Shown here one piece after another: positions 43,276 through 57,880 of a DNA stretch of 64,000 nucleotides; within the stretch, counting starts at the first letter, position 1, and each line of letters starts with the position of its first letter. The DNA is from the human T2T-CHM13v2.0 reference genome, Homo sapiens. The position numbers and the translations under genes were made by a program. The notes under the pieces were generated by a model. It searched no databases and had not been told where the DNA came from. It saw only the letters and a list, made by a program, of their open reading frames with translations. The stretch lies in the NCBI RefSeq assembly GCF_009914755.1, contig NC_060933.1, one strand, 5' to 3'.

Positions 43276-43692
43276 CTGGATAACAAAGGGTGAGTTTGCA
43301 CCCAGGACTCAACAGAGGAGAAGAGTGGAAAGAAGTGAGTTGGGGAGAGTGGATCCTGAGTTGTTCATGGGAACTCACACCTTTACCCTGCCCTGACCCA
43401 TCCGTGTGCCCCCCTTGGCCACAGCAGTAGAAGCTACTGGTGAGGAAACACTGGATACCTTCTCTTTGAAGGCAGAGCCCCTGAGCCCACGCCTCCTAAG
43501 TTGACTCCTCAGCTTGGCAAATCCAAGTCCCCACCAAAGGCAACCTAGATGTTACATCCCTTTATGATGAAGCTCCAAGGCAAGGAAATGGATACCAGGC
43601 ATTCTACCTGACACTTGCCCGAGAAGCCAAGGAGGGGACGGAGGAATCAAGATTAAGAAAAATGGAAAGCCAGTTTTCCAAAGAGGCACTTA

Positions 43693-43860
<168 letters not shown>

Positions 43861-44479
43861 TCATCCTCACCCTAGGTTAATTTTAGACTAATCCCAATGA
43901 TTGTAGCAATAAACTAAGTTTCTGAGATGGAACTTCTAAGAGCAGGCCTTTCAAAGTCTGGGTGAAGTTCAGGAATATGTAGCTTTTCCCTTTGAGGAGC
44001 GGACCTTCTGCCCTCTAGGAACCTCCTGGAAAAATATGAATTAGTCCCGAATCACTATGTCTACTTCCCAGTGTCTTCCGGGGCTGCCTGTGTTCTAGGT
44101 CTGCTTTGTAATGTGAGAAAACTGTTCTTGCTTGCCATTAGCACTCTAACGTGATGAAACCAAAGCCCTGAGCATCTAATTTTGATTCAATCTCTCACAG
44201 GATTTCTGGAAATTTCAGTATAAAAATATCTCCAGAAAAGCTTACTGTGCTTCCAGCCTAGACCAGGAAAACTAAGCATCTTGTAGATAAGTGAAGGCAA
44301 AGGAATAACAACACAAAGATCAAGTCAGTCTCCAAGAAATAAATAAAATACAGTTCAAATTTCTGCATAAAATTCACTAAAATGAATAAACTGATTAGTA
44401 CCATTCTAGGAAAGAGCCGCTGGTAAATATTCCAACATTTGCGTAGGCAGAACAAGAGGATGTAAATGCTAGTATGGAC

Positions 44480-45032
44480 AAGTACCCCTGGCTCTCCGCC
44501 TTGGCTGCACATTGGAAACACCTGGGTAGCCTGGTCGCCGCACCCACCACTCCCCCTCCGCCGCCCTGCGCCCCGCCCCGCCCTCCTCCCCAGCAGATCC
44601 CGACGTAATTGGTGTGGGATGTGTTCTGGTCAGCAGGTGCTAATGAAGCTCTCCAGGTGTTTCTAATGAGCAGCCCAAGCTGAGACCTATAGGACTAATG
44701 CTTTGCCAAATAAGATTAGGCAGTCCAATCTGGGTAAAGAAATTTGCCACTAAAACTCCAAAACTTATACTTAAGAGCCTAACTGATAAAATGCTTAGTT
44801 TAGGATTAGGACTAGTGTCTGGCTGATGCATAGTCTAATATATGGAAAGAAGAACGTTGCTTCAGTGAAACATTTCTGGAAAATGTATCTATAAGTATCA
44901 CACCTTGGGAGCTTGATTAAAAAGGCAGATTCCCCAGTTGTACCCCCAGAATTCTGATTTAGTAGCTCTGGGGTGAGGTCCAGGAGATTCTGATATAAGT
45001 AGTCTGTGTTTCATCCTTGAGAGAAACACTGT
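44480..45032. mobile_element. MER5B-like (about 44480-44685) and MER5A-like (about 44900-45032) copies
   Basis: cttggctgcacattggaaacacctggg...aagctctccaggtgtttctaatgagcagcc; gcagattcc...gaattctgatttagtag. Confidence 0.7.
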
Positions 45033-45379
45033 CAAATATGAGTAAAGGAAAAAATAAAAACAAGTGTTCCTAATGCCAAAATGCAACTTGAAATCTTTCT
45101 TTTTTTTCCTTCCACTTTCCCATTTTTTAAAGACTCCATTCTTGCTGGCAATGGCCTTGAAAGTAAATGTGTCAGGAGCCTGTAACTCCTCAGGGGCCAA
45201 ACCATCCATTTGATGAGTGAATCCATGGATGTTAATTTAGGAAAATATGGCTACTACATGGCAATCAATGAACAATTGGAAGACTCCAATGGAGAAAATC
45301 AGCTGCCAAAACATGTAACAGCAGCCCACTGTTGTCCCTTCCAATGAGGGACCGTGGGCCAAGCTGTGGGAAAGATTTA

Positions 45380-45583
<204 letters not shown>

Positions 45584-47190
45584 TTAAAATGGAAAAGAAT
45601 AGAAACTCGGAATCCCTTCATTCAATAAAGTATGGTGTTCTAAGCTAAATAAAGAGAAAAACCCTTACATAAATAGTAATCAGTAAGACTGATCATTATT
45701 TCTCACCACAAGGAGTCCTTTACTAAGGAACCCGAGCTTGTGTTCTCTAGTTAATTGTTCCATAACAAACCCACACGCACTCTGAGCGCTCCAGTGATCC
45801 GTACAGTTAATCAAGGTTATCAAGTTACCAATAAGCAGGCCCTTGCAAATTCAACCTTAATACGAAATAAAACTAATCATCTGTTCTTTCTGCTAATTTA
45901 AAAACATTATCCAGGTTAAATGGCATGCCTTCTTGCTCAGGGAAAAAAATGCACAATCCTGTTACCCCATCAACAAGCCTAAACAGAGCCATCAAGGCCA
46001 AAAGAATTGTCAACCATCCCACAGAGAGCCCTGGACTTCAAAAGGAAATCTCAACCACTAGTCCTAGCACTGTCCTGCGAGGTGGTAAACAAGGTCTTGG
46101 CCTCAGGGAGAAAAGGGCTGCAAATATAGATGACCGCGAAGCCCTTTCAGGGCTAACATCTAAAGAAAGACTATGCAACATTTCAAAGACCCCACTTTGA
46201 CTAATATTAATATCCTACATGTATTTTAGAGAATCTCAATCATTCCCCAAGGATATTTATGTAATTCTAGCAACCAAGCAGAGAAAACAACAGGAATTCA
46301 TTTTATTTTCAAAATGTAAAATTATATTGCAATATTAAATCTATCTCCACTTAACTTCCTTCCCAAAGACGGATTGTCCCCCCACCCCCTCAAGATAGCA
46401 AAGAGTCATCATACCTCTAAATCAAAACAGTATCCCATCTACTTTATTCCTAGAGCCCTTCACAATCTCTTTACCTTTAGTGCACTGGAGTTACACTGAT
46501 ACGTCTGAAGTCACTGTGGTATGTCTAGGGAGCATCTTTATTTATTCATCATGATCCGCACAGTGTAGATCCTTTTAATCCAACAATGCATATCTTTCTT
46601 TGACTATTTCTTGATTCTTTTCTTCCCTTCCCCACTTCCTCCACCACTCTCTCTCTCTCCCACTCTCTCTCTTATCTCCTTTGAGAGGCCCTAATAAATG
46701 GGTCTTGAAACTCCTAGGTCCTAGGTCTTTTAATCTTTGTTTCATTCTTTATATCTCTGTCTTTTGGTACTATGCTCTGAATTATTTCTTAATTCAAATG
46801 TCCAGCCTGCTAATTTATTCTTCAGCTGTGCACATTCTGCTGCTTCTGTCATTGATATGTTTTTTTTTTAAATATCAATGAAATATTTCATTTCCAATGT
46901 AATATCTATGTGGATCTTCAAATAGCAGCCTGTTCTCAGCTCATGATCATGAATTCCTCTTATCCCTCTGAGGGTACCACTTCATTTCTATTAAGGTCCA
47001 ATCTTGTTGGCTGCATTAATGCTGCTTTCTTGGTGAAGGTCATTTTGTATGCTGACTCAGAGTCTGTAATTTGTGGAGCTGATGTTTCCTTAAGTGTTTG
47101 GTGATTCCTGTTGGACTCTCATTTTTATATTTGATGTATCAGCCTCCAGAGGTTGAGGGAAGAGTGGGATGTGCCGTGTGGAACAGCATG

Positions 47191-47560
47191 TGATATGATT
47201 TGGATTTGTGTCCCCACCCAAATCTCATGTCGAATTGTAATCCCCAACGTTGGAGGAGGGGCCTGGCGGGAGGTGATTGGATCATGGGGGCAGATTTCTC
47301 CCTTGCTGTTCTCGGGATAGTGAGTCCTCACAAGATCTGGTTGTTTACAAGTGTGTAGCACCTCCCCCTGCTCTCTCTTCCTCAGGCTCCAGCCACATAA
47401 GATGTGCCTCCTTCCTCTTTGCCTTCCACCACGTTTGTAAGTTTCCTGAGGACTCTCCAGCCATGCTTCCTGTTCAGCCTGTGGTACTGTGAGCCAATTA
47501 AACCTCTTAATTACCCAGTCTTGTGTAGTTCTTTATAGCAATGCAAGAACAACTAATACA
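47191..47560 (+). mobile_element. MSTA-like MaLR solo LTR
   Basis: tgatatgatttggatttgtgtccccacccaaatctcatg...gttctttatagcaatgcaagaacaactaataca; flanks gcatg/acatg. Confidence 0.9.
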
Positions 47561-47911
47561 ACATGTATCAGTAACTTGACTGGGGGCCGAAGGTTCTAGT
47601 TCTAGGCACGCACACCGGGTACCTTCCGCTCAAGCCTGCTGCTGCCCATGACTCAGCACAAAGCAACCAGAGGGAGGGGTCAAAGTTGTCCACTTGCTTC
47701 AAATGTAGTTGCCCACTCACTGTGATGGCTGTTGTGTGTATTCCTGGAGGCACCCAGAAACCCAGAACCACTGCTATTCTAAGTCTGTGTCTGGCCTGGA
47801 TCCCTTCTGTTTCCTATCTTCCACAGATGTTGCAGGATTTCTGATCCAAAGATGATATTTTCTCCTATTCCTTTTCTAATGCTTTTCCTGTTATCCATAA
47901 GGACTCGGTGA

Positions 47912-48262
<351 letters not shown>

Positions 48263-48725
48263 ACCTTTTTCTTTTAATAGAAAAGATCATTTTTAAAGCC
48301 ATCTACAGAATACTCCTGAGGAATTAAGTCAAATTTGTGCTTTAGAAAAATAAAGTCTAAAGCTTTTCAAGATTTCCTTATTCATTTTAGTGTTCTGAAA
48401 TTTCACTGTGATATATGTATATAGAGAATATCTTTATGTATTCATCCCAATCAGTACTTGTGGGCACTTTCGATCCAGCAATTACTATCTTGGGCCATTT
48501 CTTTGATTCTTTTCTTTTCAAGACACAGTCATTATAATTTTTTCCTTTTGATAAAGTAACAATGGACTCAGGAAAATTAACAACTATATTGACAGGGATG
48601 GGAAAAGAGATCTCTGGAAGGTTTTCTTAATCCATATGGTATTTCTCTCTCCATCTCTCTCATAAGTTCTTGAAGTAATATCTTACTCTCCACCAACAAA
48701 TAAACCATACAGAAAATTATTGAAG

Positions 48726-48950
48726 TCAGGCTTGGTGGAGTGGCTCATGCCTGTTATCCCCACACTTTGGGAGGCTAAGGTGGGAGGATCACTTGAGCCC
48801 AGAAGTTCAAAACAAGCCTGGCAATGTAGCAAGGTCACTTCTAAAAAAATTTTTTTTTAAATTAGCCAGATATTGTGCACTATGATCGTGCCACTGTCCT
48901 TCAGCCTGGGTGGCAGAGCAAGAAAGATCCTGTCTTAAAAAAAAAATACA
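48726..48950 (+). mobile_element. AluJ with internal right-arm deletion
   Basis: ggaggatcacttgagcccagaagttc J-type left arm; right arm jumps from ttagccag to ctatgatcgtgccactg. Confidence 0.85.
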
Positions 48951-48996
48951 GAAAACAAACTTATTGAATTCACATATTATTGAGCCGTCTCTCATG

Positions 48997-48997
<1 letters not shown>

Positions 48998-49030
<33 letters not shown>
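48998..49030. repeat. (AC)n microsatellite, about 16 units
   Basis: Direct reading. Confidence 0.95.
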
Positions 49031-49033
<3 letters not shown>

Positions 49034-51157
49034 ATCTGTATACTCATCTCACCTTCCCAACTAGGGACAAAGCAGTCAAAATACCCAGCATGTCACTAAG
49101 CAGCAACCCACTCTTCTGGCCCTCAATGCAAAACTTCACCCTAACGACCCAGACCAAGACCAAAGTGAACCAGGACCAGAGCCAAAGCAGCCCTGTGCCT
49201 CCCATAGCCTTGGGCAATCAGCTTTGCTCGGGGTGATCCTCCCAGTTTACTTGAAAGGCCCTCATTCTACCACCCACTAATAAGTACTCCTCTGATCTAC
49301 AGAGCTAGCCATTCTCATTATTCATTGAACTGTCACCACCTTTTTAAAAGCTACATGTCATTTATTCATAAAACTCAAGTTTGTTTTCAAAGCATACCCT
49401 CTTCAATATAGGAACAAGATAATTGTGAAAGGTTATCATTTGGATGTTCACTTTGAAAAGTGAATAATTTTTCCTTGCCTAGGTGGTCTCTTTCTGACCA
49501 CTTCCTTGTCCTTCCTAAATCTGATGAGCATCTAATTTCCAATCACAGCCAATCCCAGATGGCAGCAGGGTACCAGTGCTACACAGCCCCTGAGGACACA
49601 CCCTTAAACTCTAGGACATCTGTTCATCAGGAGATACCAGCCAGGGTGGAAAAAGGCAAGCTACAGTATGGGAAAAGCTGTCAGCAACACGTACAACCAA
49701 AAAAGGACACCTATCTGGAATATTTTTTAAACTCCTGTAAATCAATAAAGAGCAACAAAATATGTTTCAAAACCAGTAACCACGACTCCAACCTCTGCAC
49801 AATAAGCAAAAGACTTAATAGGCACTTACCAAATAGGACGTCTAACTAGCCAATAACTACATGAAAATGTGCTTAGCTTCTTATGATCAAGAAAATGTAA
49901 ATTATTTTATTTAATTTTTAATGTCTATTTTCTATATATTTAGGAGGTACAAGTGCAGATTTCCTATGTGCATATATTCCATAGTGTTAAAGTCTGGGCT
50001 TTTAGTGCAACTATCACCCAAATAGTGAACACTGTAACCCTCACCTCCTCCCACCATCCCATATCTTGTACTTTCCAATGTCTATTACTCTCCTCTATAT
50101 GCCCATGCGTCTTCATTGTTTAGTTCCAACTTATAAATGAGAACATGCAGTATTTGCCTTTTCTGTTTCTGAGTTATTTCACTAAGGATAATAGCCTCTG
50201 CTTCTATCCATGTTACTGCAAAAGACATGATCTCATTCCTTTTATGGTTCAATAGTATTCCATGCTATATATATTATATATAATATGTGTGTGTGTGTGT
50301 GTATATATATATATCACATTTTCCTTGTCCAGTTCTCCATTGATGGACACTTAGCTGATTCCATATATTTGCCATGGTGAATAGTGCTGTAATAAACATA
50401 TGAGTGCCGGTATCTCTTTGATATGATGATTTATTTTCCTTTGGGTAGATATATATACACAAAGGGAAAATAGTGAGATTGCTGGATCAAATAGTAGTTC
50501 TATTTTTAGTTCTTTAAGAAATCTCCACACTGTTCCCCCAAAAAGTTGTTTTAATTTACATTCCTACCAACAGTTATAAGTGTTTTCTTTTCTCTGCATC
50601 CTTGACAACATCTGTTGTTTTTTGACTTTTTAGTAATAGTCTTTCTGACTGGTGTAAGATGGTCTCTCATTGTGGTTTTAATTTGCATTTCTCTGATGTT
50701 TAGTGATGTTGAACATTTTTTTCATGTTTCTTGGCCACTTGGATGTCTTCTTTTGAAAAATGGCCTTCAATGTTCTTTGCTCATTTTTTAAGGGGGGTTG
50801 TTTTTTTTCTTGTTGAGTTGTTTGAGTTCCATGTAAATTCCAGATATTAGCCCTTTGTCAGACCCATAGTTTGCAAGTATTTTTCCCATTCTGTAGGTTG
50901 TCTGTTTACTCTGTTAATTATTTCTTTTGCTGTGCAGAAGCTTTTTAGTTTAATTATGTCTCATTTGCCTATTTTTGTTTTGCTGCATTTTAGTTTAATT
51001 AAGTCCCATTTGCCTATTTTTGTTTTGTTGCATTTTAATTTGAGGAATTGGTCACAAATTCTTTGGTGAATGTCCAGAAGAGTTTTTCCTAGGTTTTCTT
51101 CTAGGATTTTTATAGTTCAAGGTCTTATGTTTAGGTCTTTAATCCATCTTGAGTTAA

Positions 51158-51465
<308 letters not shown>

Positions 51466-51773
51466 CCATGTGTTGTGGGAGCAACCCAGTGGGAGATGAT
51501 TGAATCATGGGGTGGGTCTTTCCCTTGCTGTTCTCTTGATAGTGAATGGGTCACATGAGATCCAATGGTTTTAAAAATGAGAGTTTCTCTGCACAAGCTC
51601 TCTCTTTGCCTGCTGCCATCCATGTAAGATGTGACTTGCTCCTCCTTGCCTTCCACCATAATTGTGAGGCCTCCCAAGCCATGTAGAACTGTAAATCAAA
51701 TAAACTTCTTTCTTTTGTAAATTGCCCAGTCTTGGATATGTCTTTATCAGCAGTGTGAAAATTGACTAATACA
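51466..51773 (+). mobile_element. THE1 (MaLR) solo LTR lacking its 5' end
   Basis: ccatgtgttgtgggag...gattgaatcatgggg...tctttatcagcagtgtgaaaattgactaataca. Confidence 0.9.
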
Positions 51774-54765
51774 ATGTATAATAATACTACCGATTTCTGC
51801 ATATATATCTTGTATTCCAAAACTTTACTGAATTCATTTATCAAATCTAAGAATCTTTTGGTAGCGATTTTAGGGTTTTCTAGATAGAAACCATACCATC
51901 AGCAAACAGGGAAAATTTGACTTCCTTTTTTCCAACTTGGATGTCTTTTTTTTTCTCTAGTCTGATTGCTCTAGCAAGGACTTCCAGTACTATGTTGAAA
52001 AAGAGTGATGAAAGTGGGCATCTTTGTCTTGTTCCCGTTCTCAGAGGGAATGCTTTGAACTTTATCCTGTTAAATATGATGTTGGCTGTGGGTTTGTCAT
52101 ATATTGCCTTGACTATATTAAGATATGTTCCTTCTATGTCTGGGTTGTTGAGGATTTTCTCATGAAGAGATGCTGAAGTTTATTAAACACTTTTTCTTCA
52201 TCTATTGAGGTGATCATGTGGTTTTTGTCCTTAATTCTGTATGTGATGTATCACATTTATGGATTTATGTATATTGAACAATCATTGCATCCCTGGGATA
52301 AATCCCACCTGATCATGGTGTATTTTCTTTTTATTTGCTGAAAATACAATTTTCAGCAAATAAAATTTGCTGATTTGCTAGTATTTTGCTGAAGATTTTT
52401 GCATTTATGTTCATCAGGGATATTGATCTGTAATTTTCTTTTTTGTTGTGTCTTTCTCTGTTTTGGGTATCAGGGTGATACTGGCCTTGCAGAATGAGTT
52501 AAGGAGAACTCTCTCATCTTCTATTTTTTAGAACAGTTTCAGGAAGATTGGTATTAGTTCTTCTTTGCATGTTCTCTAGAATTCAGCTGTGAATCCATCT
52601 GATCCTGGATGGATGTTGTTTTGTTGTTTTGTTGTTGTTGTTGCTGAGAGATTTTTTTATTACTGACTCAGTCTCACTACTCATTATTGGTCAGTTCAGA
52701 AGTTTTATTTCTTCCTGGTTCAATCTTGTGAGGCTGGAATTTATACATTTCCTCTAGGTTTTCTGGTTTGTGAGTATATAGCTGTTCATAATAGTCTCTG
52801 ATGATCTTTTGTATTTCTGTGGTATCAGTTGTAATGTCTCCTTTTTCACTTCTGATTGTGTTATTTGGATCTTCTCCTTTTCTTGGTTAGTCTAGATAAT
52901 GGTTTATCAATTCTGTTTATCTTTTTTCAAAACAAAAGAACCAACTTTTTGTTTGGTTGATCTTTTGTAATTTTTTATCTCCATTTCGTTCTGCTCTGAT
53001 CTTTGTTATTTCTTTTCTTCTGCTAAGTGTGTGTTTAGTTTGTTCTTGTCTTTCTAGTTACTTCAAGTACAATGTTAGGTTATTTTGTGATCTTTCTACT
53101 TTTTTGATGTAGGCGTTTAATGCTATAAATTTCCCTCTTAGCAATGCTTTTGCTGTATTCCACAGGTTTTGTTACATTGTGTTTTCATTTTCATTAATTT
53201 CAAAAAGTTTTTAAATTTGTCTTAATTTCCTTATTCATCCAGTGATCATTCAGGAGCATGCCGTTTAATTTATATGTATTGTACAGTTTCAAGCATTCCT
53301 CTTGGCAGTGATTTCTAGCTTTATTCTGCTGTGGTCTGGGAAGATATTTAATACAATTTCAATTTTTAAAAAATTTGTTAAGACATTTTCTGTGGCCTAC
53401 TATATGGTCTATCTTGGAGATTTTTTCCATGTACTGATGAAAAGAATGTATTTTCTGTAGCTATTGGGTAGAACATTCTGTAAATGTCTAAGTCTACATG
53501 GTCTAAAGTCCAACTTCAGTTCAAAGTTTCTTTGTTAATATTCTGTCTTGATGATCTGTCTAGTACTGTGAGTGGGGTGTTGAACTTCCCACTATTGTTG
53601 TATTTCTGTCTGTCTCTTTCTTTAGGTCTAGTAATATCTGTTTTTTGAATGGGGGTGCACTGATTTTGGGTGCATATATATCTAGAATTGTTATATCCTC
53701 TTGAGTGTCAGTTCACTTGAGTCTTTATCTCACAGCAGCCCCTAGCAGAGCAGTGGGTATTGTCCTGGGTATGCAAAAGAGAGCCTAGTTTCCTTGTCCC
53801 TCCTCAACTGGACATGGTTGCAGCCAAGACAACTTGAACTCGGCCCACGGTGGAGTGCAGCCTAGTGTTAAACTCTCTAAAATGACACCTAAGACTTATG
53901 ACCAGGGAGACCAGGGCCCTTCCCAGGCAGGAAGTATGGACAAGAAGATGTGGATGTCCACTCACATCTCAGTCTCACAGCAGCCCATTGCAGGGCAGTG
54001 GGCATTGTCCTATATATGGTAGGAGAGCCTGGCTCTCCTGTTCCTCCTTGGCCAGGTGGCAACTGCAACCACATCAACCCAAACAGTCCAAGGTCAAATG
54101 GCAGTCCATCATTAAACTCTCAAAATGATGCCTTGGGCCTAGGAACAGGGAGGGTGGGATCTCTCCCAGGCAAGCAGTGTGGACGAGAAGCTGTGGAGAG
54201 TGCAGCCCACTCACATCTCAGTCTCAACAGCAGCTCACAACAAGGCAGTAGGGATCCTCCTAGGGGTATGTAGGAGCACCCATTCTCCTCTCCCCTCCTT
54301 GCAGCAGCTCTGCAGCAGCAACCATGTCTGTAGCTCTCCAGTATCTAGGCTCTCAAAATGTTGCCCAGCAGAGGCCACTGTAGGCTTGGATGCCTGTGGG
54401 ATTCCATGTGGGTTCTCTTTCTAGAGGAATGTGCAATCTTTAGGCAGTTCCACATGTCAGGCCCTAGGCCCTAATGGGTCAAGAGTTTCTCTCATACACA
54501 AGATCATAAAAGCTGATCCCTGGAGGTTTCTCTCTTACTGTTTCTCCATGCCCAGGAACCTCTCCTGACTATTAGTCAGTTCCCAGCTGGGCAAGCTGCC
54601 TCGAACCCTCTCCTTACTTCAAGTGCTTCCCATCTCCTCTCTGGTGAATCCCAGAAGTCTCTCCTAGACTAGCTGTTTGAAATATATCTACTTATTACTC
54701 TGGTTCCTCTCTGTGAAGGAGGCACATACTCCTATATCTAGTCAGCTATGTTCTATGCTATCAGT

Positions 54766-56330
54766 AAATGCAAATTAAAACTATGAGAAACCACTAACAT
54801 CTCCATCTGGTAGCTACAGTTAAAAAGACTAACAAAAGCAAGCACTGGTGAGAATGTACAGCACAAGAAACCCTCATGTACTTCTGGTGGAAATTTGGTG
54901 GAACTAATCTGGAAAACTCTTTGGCATTATCTACTAAAGTTGAACATGTTTACCCTATAATACAGCAATTCCACTCATAGTTATATACACAACAGAAATT
55001 AGTGCATGTTGCACCAAGAAATAGATAGAATTTTCATAGTAGTGTTATTTGTAATAGCAAAAACTAGAAAACAACTCAAATGTCTATCAAGAGTAGAATG
55101 AATAGGCAATGGAATACTATACAGGCATGAAAATTGCTGACTTAAAGCTACACGCTATGAGATGAATGAATATCACAAAAATAACATTGAACAAAAGAAG
55201 CCAAATGCTACAGTTCAAATATTTGTCCCCTCCAAAACTCATGTTGAAACTTAATCCCCAAAGTCACAGTATTAAGAGGTGAGGCTTTTAAGAGGTGATT
55301 GATTTCGTGAGGGTTTTGCCTTCATGAATATATTCAGTTTGCCGTGCTCATGCCCTCTTCATGTGCTGCCTTGCACCACTTCAGGACTCTGCAGAGAGCC
55401 CCACCAGCATGAAGGCCCTCACCAGATGCAGTCCCCAGACCTTAAACTTCCACGCCTCCAGAACTGTAAAAAATAAATTTCTTTTCTTTATAAATTACCT
55501 AGCCTCTGGTATTCAGTTATAGCAAGAAAAAACAGGCTAAAATACCAGATATAAATGGATATACACTGTATGATTCTATTTCTATGGCTTTCAAAAATGA
55601 GCAAAGCAAAACTAATGTGTTAAAAGTCACTGGAAACCCTGGGAACTCTCACCTATTGTTGGTGTGAACATAAGGTAGAGCAACCTAACTGCCATTTCCT
55701 AGAAAAGTTAAAGTACAAACTCTGGCAAGTTCCACACTTAGGCTTGTACTTACACTAGGGAGTCCTGTACATGTACCTTAGGAGAATTATTTAAGAAGCC
55801 ATAGTAACTCTGTCTGCAATAGCAAAAACCTGGAAGCAACCCAAATGTTCATCAACAGGAGAATGGATACATAAAACATGGGAAGTTCATATGATAGAAA
55901 ATTAATTACACAGAAGTGAAAATAAAGACCTATGGCTGTATGTATCACTGTGGAAGAATCTCATAAATACAGTGTTGCTAGGGAAGAAATGAGACACGAG
56001 AATACAGTATGAGTCCATTTATATGAAAGTGAAAATAGGCAAAACTGAAGCAATACATCATTGACTAATACATATGTATAAAGTAAATTTATAAAAGCAA
56101 AACAAGAGAATAAGCAACCCAAAATTCAGAAAAGTGTACCTATGGGAGGAGAGAGGGAGGTGGTCTGGGAGGGGCACATAGGAGACTTCAGAACAGCTGG
56201 TGATGTTCTCATTCACAAGCAATGTTAGGGGATCATGGATGTTTTTTCAATTATTCTTTAAATCCCACACATATTGTATATACTCTGAAAATGCTCTTTT
56301 ACATATTATACATTTTGTAATGATGAAAAG
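54766..56330 (+). mobile_element. Old L1M(E) fragments (host element continued from about 49660-49904)
   Basis: aaatgcaaattaaaac, cagcaattccactc, aatgttcatcaacaggagaatggata L1 ORF2-end and 3' UTR motifs. Confidence 0.75.
55206..55544 (+). mobile_element. MST-family MaLR solo LTR (MSTB/C-like)
   Basis: tgctacagtt...cccctccaaaactcatgttgaaa...gactctgcagagagccccaccagc...cagttatagca; 5 bp flanks ccaaa/ccaga. Confidence 0.85.
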
Positions 56331-56829
56331 ACACACAATTTCTGCCTTTTTAATAAAGAAATCATTGGATGAAATATTACGCAGTCCACAAGGACCCCCA
56401 AACTAAAGGGTATTTATTGATCAAGAGGATAATAGATACATATGCAGAGCTATCTTGTACTAAACTCCACAATTCCAAGCAGCATAACATTTTTTATATT
56501 GCCAGGCATATACATATTTTTTCCCTTATTCAGAAACTTGGAATCTTTATCTTCCTTTTTGTGGATGAGAGTTCTGACATTCAAAGAGAAAAATAACTTG
56601 CTCAAGATTATTGCTCAAGGTCAATTGGCATTTGCCCTCACTAGTCATGTATGGGCAAACGCAGGATGCAAATGCAAGCTGACCTGGTTCTAAAGTGCTT
56701 GTCAGGGCTGGTACCAACATCATCACCAATATCTTATGGTCAAGAGCCATCTGCCTGCTCTCCTGCGTGCCATGGCACAGCATTTCAAAATGACATGATT
56801 TCTATCCACCTTTTATGTTTTAAAAAAGC

Positions 56830-57116
56830 AAGGCAGATGGAACTGGAGGCCATTAATAACACAGAAACAAAGTCAAATACTACATCTTCTCATTGATAAG
56901 TGGAAGCTAAATAATGTGTCACATGGACATAGAGTGTGGAATAATAGACACTGGAGACTCAGAGGGTGACAGAGTGGGAGCGGGTGAGGGATGAGAAATT
57001 ACTTCATGGGTACAATGTACACTATTCCAGTGATGGTTACGCTAAAAGCCCACACTTCACCACTATGCAATATATCTATGTAACAAAATGACACTTATAC
57101 TTGATAAATCTATTTT
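56830..57116 (+). mobile_element. L1MA-type 3' end
   Basis: gatggaactggaggccatt...catggacatagagtgtggaataatagacactggagactc. Confidence 0.85.
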
Positions 57117-57428
57117 TAAATTTATTTATTTATTTAATTCGTTTATTTGAGGCAGGGTCTCACTCTATCACCCAGGCTGGAGTGCAGTGATGCGATCTCA
57201 GTTCACTGCAGCCTCGACCTCCCAGAATCAAGTGATCCTCCCACCTCAGCCTCCTATAGCTAGGACTACAGGAGCATGCCACTACATCTGGCTAATTTTT
57301 GTATTTTTTGTAGAGACAGGATTTCACCATGTTGCCCACGCTGGTCTCGAACTCCTGGGCTCAAGTGATCCTCCCACCTCAGCCTCCCAAAGTGCAAAGA
57401 TTACAGGGGTAAGCCACTGCAACCCACC
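57117..57428 (-). mobile_element. AluJ, tail-to-tail with an L1MA 3' end
   Basis: Alu dimer with (TTTA)n lead. Confidence 0.9.
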
Positions 57429-57564
57429 TAAAAAATTCATTTAAATTGCAACTTTTTCAAATTCTAAACATTGCCATTTATCAATGATAAGGCAATTCAC
57501 TCCAGGTAACTGATACTCAGATCCGATTAGAGAATAGTGATATCTCCATTTTAATCTGAAACTA

Positions 57565-57880
57565 AAACCTGCAGGCCAAATCTGGACTGCCTGCCGCCTG
57601 ATTTTGTACAGCCCTCAAACTAAGAATGGGTTTTACATTCTTACATAGTTCAAATAAATCAAAAGAATAATACTTCATGACTCATGACAATTACATGACA
57701 TTCAAATTTCAGTGTCTATAAATAAAGTTTTATTGGAACATCATCACACCCACTTATCTGCATATTGTCTACACATGCTGTCATGCTACAACAGTAGTAG
57801 TTGCAATGAAGACTGTATGTTCTACAAAGCCTAAAATATTTGCTAGTTGACCGGGTATAAAAAATGGTTTTCTGAACCCT
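57565..57880 (+). mobile_element. MER58B
   Basis: ggccaaatc...ctaagaatggg...ttcaaatttcagtgtctataaataaagttttattggaaca...aaagcctaaaatattt. Confidence 0.85.
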
